A stretch of DNA of 64,000 bases, from contig CATNEN010000001.1 in NCBI GenBank assembly GCA_950097015.1, positions 20,770,001 to 20,834,000 on the forward strand. The letters are read 5' to 3'. This DNA is from Macrostomum hystrix (taxonomy: Eukaryota > Animalia > Platyhelminthes). Shown here piece after piece: positions 1-9,489 of the stretch. The notes below the pieces were generated by a model. The model was not told where the DNA came from. It saw only the letters and a program-made list of their open reading frames with translations, and ran no database searches. The translations under genes were made by a program, and so were the position numbers. The first letter of the stretch is position 1; each line of letters begins with the position of its first letter.

Positions 1-48
1 GACCTCGTGTGGCACAGCTTGACAAGCATTTCCTGCTTCATTTAATAG

Positions 49-491
49 GGCCGGCTGACACTCAGCAAGCCAGGTCAGCCGAATCCAAACTCATCGAGTC
101 AACCTAACGTGAGCTCTCATTACCCGAGCACTCTGAGTGATGTTTGCCTTCAGAGTTTTACAATAATGTGACACGGACAACAAATGAATTTCAGCGCAAT
201 GGCCTCACATGTGATTCGGAGGGGGCCTACACCACTGCCAGTGTGGACCTCATTATCTCGCATGTATGTCGACTGCTGCATATTTTCCTGCGCTTTCTCT
301 GAGACCAGCTTCGGATTTGAACCTGACTGAGTCCCATTTCTGCGTCCTTCCACCTTAAGGGCAATAGAATGCGTCAGGCAGGTGCCGCCGATGCAGCGGA
401 AGGTGGCGACCCGGTCTACGAGATGACAATGGACCAGCAGTATGCCAACGTGGGCCCTTCAAACACCACAACCACCTTTCAGCTCGCCTAG
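49..491 (+). CDS. Gene 0: last three cytoplasmic-tail exons of an upstream family member (49-108, 195-263, 360-491)
   Basis: AG/GT-bounded phase-0 exons read GRLTLSKPGQPNPNSSSQPN / RNGLTCDSEGAYTTASVDLIISH / GNRMRQAGAADAAEGGDPVYEMTMDQQYANVGPSNTTTTFQLA*. Same three-exon layout and VYxxTxDxxYAN motif as the gene C tail. AATAAA at ~924. Confidence 0.7.
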
Positions 492-1094
492 ACTGATAAT
501 ACGTGATGCTGACCACAGAGGTCCTCAGGAAACTGGTGTGAACTATTATTAGGGCCACTGGAACCCTTCAGCCTTCAATGTAACCTTGCAACTTCCACTG
601 GAACCCAACAGCTTCACTGGAACGATTTTGATCGAGTATCGAGTGTGTCCCTGGTTTTTCGTAGCCTTGCCGTAATAGTTAAAATTTCTTCACTGCAGTT
701 TAATGTAGTTTCACAAGTTCACATACCGATTTTAATCTTGATTTCAATTTGCTCTTTTAAGTGCCAGTTTTGCCTGTCGATACAGCAGCTGTTTTCACTG
801 CTTCCTTCACAGCAGGTCTTCAGACATTAATGGGTCCACCTCAAATAATATTTCAGGAATATATTTTCATAATCTCGCAAGTCTGCGCTAAACTACTTTT
901 TTCTTATTTTCGTTTCGAAACGAAATAAAAGTGTATAAACCAATCAATTTTTTCATACATTTTGAGTAGCTCACATACCTATTTCATTTCAATTTGAATA
1001 ACTTTTTGCAAATTGCTTGCATGACATGTGTGCTATATCAATTTGGTGTTTATCTGCTTCTTAGATTAGTAGGATAGAATGAATGCAGTAGACC

Positions 1095-2098
1095 ACTCCC
1101 CCTTCCTTCACACTCACCATCCTCCTCACTCCCCATCCTCCTCACTCCCATCCTCCTCACTCCCCATCCTCCTCACTCCCCATCCTCCTCACTCCCCATC
1201 CTCCTCACTCCCCATCCTCCTCACTCCCCATCCTCCTCACTCCCCATTCTCCTCACTCCCCATTCTCCTCACTCCCCATTCTCCTCACTCCCCATCCTCC
1301 TCACTCCCCATCCTCCTCACTCCCCATTCTCCTCACTCCCCATCCTCCTCACTCCCCATCCTCCTCACTCCCCATCCTCCTCACTCCCCATTCTCCTCAC
1401 TCCCCATCCTCCTCACTCCCCATCCTCCTCACTCCCCATTCTCCTTACTCCCCATCCTCCTCACTCCCCATCCTCCTCACTCCCCATTCTCCTCACTCCC
1501 CATCCTCCTCACTACCCATTCTCCTTACTCCCCATAATCCTCACTCCCATCCTCCTCAATCCCATCCCCATCACTCCCCATCCTCCTCACTCCCCATTCT
1601 CCTCACTCCCCATCCTCCTCACTCCCCATCCTCCTCACTCCCCATTCTCCTTACTCCCCATCCTCCTCACTCCCCATCCTCCTCACTCCCCATTCTCCTC
1701 ACTCCCCATTCTCCTCACTCCCCATCCTCCTCACTCCCCATTCTCCTTACTCCCCATAATCCTCACTCCCATCCTCCTCAATCCCATCCCCATCACTCCC
1801 CATCCTCCTCACTCCCCATTCTCCTCACTCCCCATCCTCCTCACTCCCCATCCTCCTCACTCCCCATTCTCCTTACTCCCCATCCTCCTCACTCCCCATC
1901 CTCCTCACTCCCCATTCTCCTCACTCCCCATCCTCCTCACTCCCCATTCTCCTTACTCCCCATAATCCTCACTCCCATCCTCCTCAATCCCATCCCCATC
2001 ACTCCCCATTCTCCTCACTCCCCATCCTCCTCACTCCCCATCCTCCTCACTCCCCATCCTCCTCACTCCCCATCCTCCTCACTCCCCATCCTCCTCAC
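1095..2098. repeat. 16-bp minisatellite (CTCCCCATCCTCCTCA)n
   Basis: Direct tandem repeat, pyrimidine-rich on the + strand, just upstream of gene A. Confidence 0.97.
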
Positions 2099-2343
2099 TG
2101 GCTGCACATCTGGCCAAGCCGTGTCTGTCCGGTGTCTCTTTGGTCAGTTTTTTCTTTTAGAATATAATATTTAATGAAATTGTGGAAAGTTCTCAATATT
2201 GACTAAGAATTCTCAAAAAAGCGAAGAAAAAAGTATTTTTTGCGCTGCCTGAATTCGCCCAATGCCTGAAAAGAAACTGCATTGTTCATGAAAGTCTCGC
2301 CAATGAATTGCGAATTTCAGCTGTCATTCCCAGCATAGCAACA

Positions 2344-5300
2344 ATGTTCCTGAATTGGTCGAGTCTTTTGCTCCAATTGACGATCGCATTGTCTTTCGCA
2401 TCTGCCGCATCAGTTTCCATGCAGCAGTCATCAGGTGAGCTCATTAGGCAGGCTTCTCAAGGCGTTGCCAGTTGTCAAGAGTTTCACTGAGATCGGTGAG
2501 CATTTTGCCTGGCCTCTCATTTCAGATGTCGATGAAGCTGAAGCCACATTGGCGAGGCTGAGGAGAGCCGCCTGCAGTGCTGGCGACTGCCAGAATGGAG
2601 GCTTTTGCTGGCCGGGTCCTGTGATTGGGAGTACGCCTCCGTGCCTGTGTCCTGAGGGCTACACTGGCGCCTACTGCACTGTTAATCCTAGTGCAGTGGA
2701 CTACTGCGCACCTGGACCAGCCCCACCCTGCAAAAACGGAGCCACCTGCAACCGAATCGCCGTCAGTCCCTTCTACAGCTGCAGCTGCGTTCCCGGATTC
2801 ACAGGTAAAAACATAGATATTAAAGCAATATCTGTTTCAATCGTGCTTTAATATCTGTGGGTAAAACAATAGTTTCATTAAGCAATAGATAAATATTATC
2901 AAGATGCTAAAAGTCAATAACAGTTAAAATTTATGAATTGCTAATAATTTTCCTTATTTGCGAACATAAAAATGCATTTGTTGAGAAAGACAGTAAAGCC
3001 CTGTGTTCGATTGATTAAACTTGTTAAGCAAACGCCGTTGGGCAAAGCTGTGATGGATCAAATTTATTTTTTATGCATATCACAAAGTACACTGAACTTG
3101 GATTATCCTTACTTCTAGGAAAAACAGTGATATAAACAGGAATTAACTAGCATATTGGAAAGACAAAAGGTTAGACTCGGAGCGGCTGAGGTTGGAGGCT
3201 AGAGTGAGGATAGGAGAGCAGTTGGGTTGCACTCAGGATGGTAGGTATACTCAGGAGGTAGAGTATCTAGGGTAGAATGAGAAGGGTAGAGTGAGGAGGG
3301 TAGAGTGAGGAGGGTGGAGTGAGGAGGGTAGAGTGAGGAGGGTAGAGTGAGGAGGGTAGAGTGAGGAGGGTAGAGTGAGGAGGGCAGAGTGAGGAGGGTA
3401 GAGTGAGGAGGGTAGAGTGAGGAGGGTAGAATGAGGAGGGTAGAGTGAGGAGGGCAGAGTGAGGAGGGTAGAGTGAGGAGGGTGGAGTGAGGAGGGTAGA
3501 GTGAGGAGGGTAGAGTGAGGAGGGTAGAGTGAGGAGGGTAGAGTGAGGAGGGTAGAGTGAGGAGGGTAGAGTGAGGAGGGTAGAGTGAGGAGGGTAGAGT
3601 GAGGAGGGTAGAGTGAGGAGGGTAGAGTGAGGAGGGTAGAGTGAGGAGGGTAGAGTGAGGAGGGTAGAGTGAGGAGGGTAGAGTGAGGAGGGTAGAGTGA
3701 GGAGGGTAGAGTGAGGAGGGTAGAGTGAGGAGGGTAGAATGAGGACGGTAGAGTGAGGAGGGTAGAGTGAGGAGGGTAGAATGAGGAGGGTAGAGTGAGG
3801 AGGTAGAGTAGAGAGGGTAGAGTGAGGAGGGTAGAGTGAGGAGGGTAGAGTGAGGAGGGTAGAGTGAGGAGGGTAGAGTGAGGAGGGTAGAGTGAGGACG
3901 GTATAGTGAGAATCCTCTGAGATTTTGAATCAACTTTGTGCATATTTAATTAATCCACTGAGTTGTTTGCACTGTTTATTGCTTTAACACTGGCATTCAT
4001 CAACAGTTTCACTAAAATGGTTATATTGCTGAGTTTTTTGAGTCATATAAAGCATTGAAAGTTTTACTGTATTTCACGCTCATTTTAAAGGCCGATGAAA
4101 TTTTCGCTTATTATTATTAGATTTCGCAGGACACGTTGACCCTCGACTGATTATAACGAGGCGGCATTTTGTTCGAATTAAGTCAGTTAGACTAAGAAAT
4201 TTGCCGGATACGGATACGAAATTAGTGAATTCATCCCAGATAGGCAAAAAGCCAATTTCAGCTTGAAATATGAAAATCATGTAAAGATTTTAAACAACCG
4301 CAGGCGACCACTGCGACAACATCGACGACTGTGCCAGCCGGCCCTGCATCAACGGGGGCCGTTGTGTGGATGGCAACAGAACGTGAGTTTGCTTTCGTGT
4401 TTATTTGATACTGAGAGCCGATATAACACTTTTTCTATTTATTATCTATTCATTTCCAGATACACCTGCGACTGCTCAGGCCTGGGATTCAGCGGCTCCA
4501 GGTGCGAAATCAACATCAACGACTGCGCCAGCCATCCCTGCACAAACGGTCTGTGTTCGGACCTCGTGAAGGACTACAACTGCAGCTGCTACAGAGGCTG
4601 GGAGGGCTTCAACTGCTCAATCGACACAAACTACTGCCTGTCGTCGCCCTGCCTGAATGGAGGCCTGTGCAGCGATGGCAACTCCACGTGAGGATCTCAA
4701 AGCACAAAAATCACAAATGCGTGAATTTCATTTTATTTATTACAATTCTTTGCATCTTCGTTGAAGGTTCAGCTGCAACTGCTCTCAGATCGATTTTGAA
4801 GGCCCCACGTGCAGCTCAAAGATCGATGACTGTCTTAGAAGTCCCTGTCAGAATGGCGGCAGGTGCATCGACGACCTCAGAAACTACTCATGTGACTGCT
4901 CCAGCATCGACTTCTATGGGCGGAACTGTCAATCCCGAATTATTGACGACTGCTCGCCGAACCCGTGCAGGAACGGAGCCGCCTGCGTTGATGAGCTCAG
5001 AGGCTACACCTGCAGCTGCTATGCTGGCTACTCAGGAAAGAACTGCTCAATTGATTTCGTCGACTGCCCGCCAAACAACTGCCATTTCGGTGGTATCTGC
5101 TTGGAGCGCAGCAACCAAGCACTGTATGAAAACTCCGCCCTTCCAGCTCCGTTCAACGGAAGCTTCAGCTACGCACGGGCAGCCGGATTCGTCTGCATCT
5201 GCCTTGCTGGCAAGTCGCGTCTTTTCAAATTAAAAAAATAAGCGCTCACACAGATCACACTGCATCTCCGGAACCCGCAGGATCCTTCGGTCCAACATGC

Positions 5301-8300
5301 TCAGTGAACCCGGACGACTGCGTGCTGCCCGGCACCAACCAGAGCGTGTGCGCTCACGCCTCGAGCTGCACGGACGGCCTGGCCTCATTCACCTGCCACT
5401 GCCTGCCCGGATATGAGGGCGCCAACTGCAGCCGAGAAATCGACGAGTGCCACGCGCTGCCCCCGCCGTGTCCCTCCGGAGCGACCTGCATCGACCGGCT
5501 GGCGGATTTCGAGTGCGCAAACTGCCCCGCCGGACTGGGCGGCAGGAAGTGCTCGGTTCCGCTCACCGGCTGCAACTCCAGGCCGTGTGAGAACAATGCC
5601 AGCTGCGAACCGGTCCTCGTGAGCGAATTCCCCACACCTGTTCACGACTACCGGTGCCGCTGCAACACAGATTGGGGAGGTCGTGACTGCAGCTCTTCAA
5701 CCCTGGTCTCATTCAACGGCTCCTCTAGCTTCAGCGCCCTGCTCAGCATCGGAGCCTCGAGCAGCTCGGCTGACTGGACCTTCGAGCTCTCATTCCGGAG
5801 CAGTCTCACCCAGTTCGATCTGATTCGGCTGTCCTCAGACTCGGGACTCATCCGAGTCGGTGCTCACAACTCCAGCCTCGTGCTGCTGCTGCTGAATAGC
5901 AGCTCATCGTCTGTGATTGGTCAGACCAAGTGGCCAATCAGTGACAGTCTGGCTGCTGCTGATTGGCTCACACTGTCAGTCAGCCTGACCAATGGCAGTG
6001 CGACACTGACTCGGACGGGGTCGTCAGGAGTGAGGCAGTCTCTCACACAGCTGGTTGACGGACTGTCGCACACATTCAAGCGAGGCTCTGTGTCAGTTCG
6101 GGTCGGAGGCGACGCAGCATCGACCAGTGGCGGCTTCCGCGGCTGCGTGCGGGATCTGCGACTCGCGACTTCCAACTTGACATTCGTCGCCATGGAGACC
6201 ACTGTTGAGTCGAGCAACGCGACCTGGGGAGTGTGCAGTCGATCCGTGCAGTGCGGCAGCCCATCGCCCTGTGAGCTGAGCACGAGCTCGAGGTGCTTGG
6301 ATGTGTGGAATGACTTTGTGTGCCAGTGCGCAGCGGACTTTGGTGGCCGCAACTGCTCTGTGCGGCTTCCGTCGTTCTCATTCGGACTGGGTGGCAAAGC
6401 GTCCTCAGCAAGCTTCGAGTCAGTGCCCGCCGTCTCAAGCGTGTTCGGTGGCGACTCATGGACAACCGAGCTGAGGCTGGTGACTCTGTCTCCGGGAGCG
6501 TTTCTGATGTTGCTGGGCGACCCGAGCGACTCGGCGACCACTCCGCGACTGCTCGTCACGGTGAGTGAGCTACACAGATTTTCCAAAAAGGTACTGGTGT
6601 GTGGTCTGTGATCGGTCAATGTCTTTCTGCTCTGAATCTTTCTTTCTTCAGATCGGTCACACGGGCCGTCTCTCCGCTCAGTTTCTGCTTAGCAACGGAT
6701 CCCAAATCGCAGCGTTGACGTCCTCGGACTCGGTAGCCACTGGTCGGTTTGTTTCCGTTAAGATCTACTTGTCCGTTTCAAGTCGCGAGATGTCGCTGAC
6801 ACTGGATTCGTCTGCGAAGTCGGCATTTCTGAGCAGTTCGCTTTCCTTGTCGCAGCCTTCGGGTCAGCTCATAATCGGCGGCTTCAGCGGAGCCCGAGCT
6901 TTGAGCTCGTATATCGGAAGTTCCGGCAGGAAAAGGAGATCTGTTCCAGGCTTGCCAGCGAGTATTGTATCGAGCATGTCAGAAAACCTAACCGCCTTTC
7001 AAGGCGTCATTTCTGCTCCCAAGCTAAACGGTGATTTGCCGCTGATTTTGGGTCCTGTGACGTCCAGCTTGATCAGCAGCCTGCCAGAAGCTGTCGTGGC
7101 CAGCGAGTCTGCGGGAGTCACGGCTGGCTCTGTCACCGCGAACATCTGCGAAAACTCAAATCCGTGCAAGAACGGCGCCACCTGTTCGAACGTGTTTTTC
7201 AACTCTTACTCGTACGAGCATTGTATTGATGAGAATAATGAAATTGGTGAGTTATTTATTACCATGTCATTCAATTTCACTTGCCAGGTGCCGTTGTCAT
7301 GATGGCTTCAGCGGCGCCGACTGCGCAATCGACTTTCCCGACTGCCGCGAGAACCCTTGCAACAATGGCGAATCGTGTTTGGAGAAGAGCGACTTGTCGC
7401 TGTATAACAGCACATTTCTGCCGCAACCTTTCAATGAATCGTTTCGCTTCGCATCCGCCAGTGGATTCGTGTGCGTCACGCCATTTGGTGAGCGATTGCA
7501 TCACCAATCACCTGTAGCACCTGATTATTTGTACTCCAGATATGCTATATGCTGAACTGCTTTGAAATGCTTTTACCCGACCTTCCAGTTCTGGCGAAAA
7601 CAAGACCTGGGACCTCTGACGAAAGTCAGTTTTTTGGCAGCCCTGCGTTTGCCGTGTCTGTCATTCTCTTCATTCTCAGCTTTGTTCTGGCAACAATTTC
7701 CATCGTCCTGTTTTTCAACCGACAAAAGGTATGAGCACCGTCCTGACTGCTTAAAAATAATCTTGACATCTCAGTGTCTAATCTCAGTGTCTAATCTCAG
7801 TGTCTAATCTCAGTGTCTAATCTCAGTGTCTAATCTCAGTGTCTAATCTCAGTGTCTAATCTCAGTGTCTAATCTCAGTGTCTAATCTCAGTGTCTAATC
7901 TCAGTGTCTAATCTCAGTGTCTAATCTCAGTGTCTAATCTCAGTGTCTAATCTCAGTGTCTAATCTCAGTGTCTAATCTCAGTGTCTAATCTCAGTGTCT
8001 AATCTCAGTGTCTAATCTCAGTGTCTAATCTCAGTGTCTAATCTCAGTGTCTAATCTCAGTGTCTAATCTCAGTGTCTAATCTCAGTATCTAATCTCAGT
8101 GTCTAATCTCAGTGTCTAATCTCAGTGTCTAATCTCAGTGTCTAATCTCAGTGTCTCATCTGAGTGTCTTATCTCATTGTCTAATCTCAGTGTCTAATCT
8201 CAGTGTCTAATCTCAGTGTCTAATCTCAGTGTCTAATCTCAGTGTCTAATCTCAGTGTCTAATCTCAGTATCTAATCTCAGTGTCTAATCTCAGTCTCTA

Positions 8301-9489
8301 ATCTCAGTGTCTAATCTCAGTGTCTAATCTCAGTGTCTAATCTCAGTGTCTAATCTCAGTGTCTAAACTCAGTCTCTAATCTCAGTGTCTAATCTCAGTG
8401 TCTAATCTCAGTGTCTAATTTTAGTGTTTAATCTCAGTGTCGAATCTCAGTCTCTAATCTCAGTGTCTAATCTCAGTGTCTAATCTCAGTGTCTAATCTA
8501 AGTGTCTAATCTCAGTCTCTAATCTCAGTGTCTAATCTCAGTGTCTAATCTCAGTGTCTAATCTCAGTGTCTAATCTCAGTGTCTAATCTCAGTGTCTAA
8601 TCTCAGTGTCTAATCTCAGTGTCTAATCTCAGTGTCTAATCTCAGTGTCTAATCTCAGTGTCTAATCTCAGTGTCTAATCTCAGTATCTAATCTCAGTGT
8701 CTAATCTCAGTGTCTAATCTCAGTGTCTAAACTCAGTCTCTAATCTCAGTGTCTAATCTCAGTGTCTAATCTCAGTGTCTAATTTTAGTGTTTAATCTCA
8801 GTGTCGAATCTCAGTCTCTAATCTCAGTGTCTAATCTCAGTGTCTAATCTCAGTGTCTAATCTAAGTGTCTAATCTCAGTCTCTAATCTCAGTGTCTAAT
8901 CTCAGTGTCTAATCTCAGTGTCTAATCTCAGTCTCTAATCTCAGTGTCTAATCTCAGTGTCTAATCTCAGTGTCTAATCTCAGTGTCTAATCTCAGTGTC
9001 TAATCTCAGTGTCTAATCTCAGTATCTAATCTCAGTGTCTAATCTCAGTGTCTAATCTCAGTATCTAATCTCAGTATCTAATCTCAGTATCTAATCTCAG
9101 TGTCTAATCTCAGTGTCTAATCTCAGTGTCAAGTCTCAGTCTCAAATCTTAATGACAGTAGGAGCACAACAGAATGATAGCCAGGACATGAAGATTCCAT
9201 GCAATTTTGGTATTTCTGTATTTCAGGAACAGCCAAGTCCAGATCAAGATGCCATGAACACAATTTACGAAGAAGCCGACCAGAATATTAATCACGAACA
9301 TGTAAATGCTCGAATTTGTTATAACAATGGCTCCCATTCTGTTGAAATTGTTGATCGCTAATACCTGGTGCCTGGAACATTGCTTTGCAGCCAAATGATG
9401 CAGAAGCCAAGCAAGAAAATGACTCAGAATATGCCGTTGCTGACTTGGCTACGCCTCGTAGCGTAGCAATTCAGTTGAGCACAGTTTGA
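2344..9489 (+). CDS. Gene A: Crumbs-derived receptor, SP-11xEGF-LamG-EGF-LamG-EGF-truncated EGF-TM-Tyr tail ending -QLSTV (~1157 aa)
   Basis: Exons 2344-2434, 2526-2804, 4304-4382, 4460-4687, 4767-5209, 5281-6560, 6652-7211, 7288-7487, 7589-7728, 9227-9301, 9391-9489 join in frame (3474 nt). One GC-AG intron (5210-5280). Signal peptide MFLNWSSLLLQLTIALSFASA, TM AFAVSVILFILSFVLATISIVLFF, LamG end motif FRGCVRDLRL. Confidence 0.88.
3200..3910. repeat. 14-bp G-rich minisatellite (TAGAGTGAGGAGGG)n in gene A intron 2
   Basis: Direct tandem repeat. Its reverse complement shares the core CCTCCTCACTC with the 16-mer. Confidence 0.97.
7768..9145. repeat. 13-bp minisatellite (TCTAATCTCAGTG)n, ~105 units, in the intron after the gene A TM exon
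   Basis: Direct tandem repeat with occasional variants and one duplicated variant block. Confidence 0.98.

Noticed and set aside
5921-6619. Long minus-strand ORFs opposite the LamG exons (also 22606 and 45884)
   Set aside because: They are antisense shadows of GC-rich coding exons, with no independent domain signal.
2344-9489. Calling the genes Notch, Delta/Serrate or the true crumbs orthologue
   Set aside because: No LNR, ankyrin or DSL domains. Only 0-2 LamG domains and no GTY/ERLI tail, so no gene symbol was assigned.
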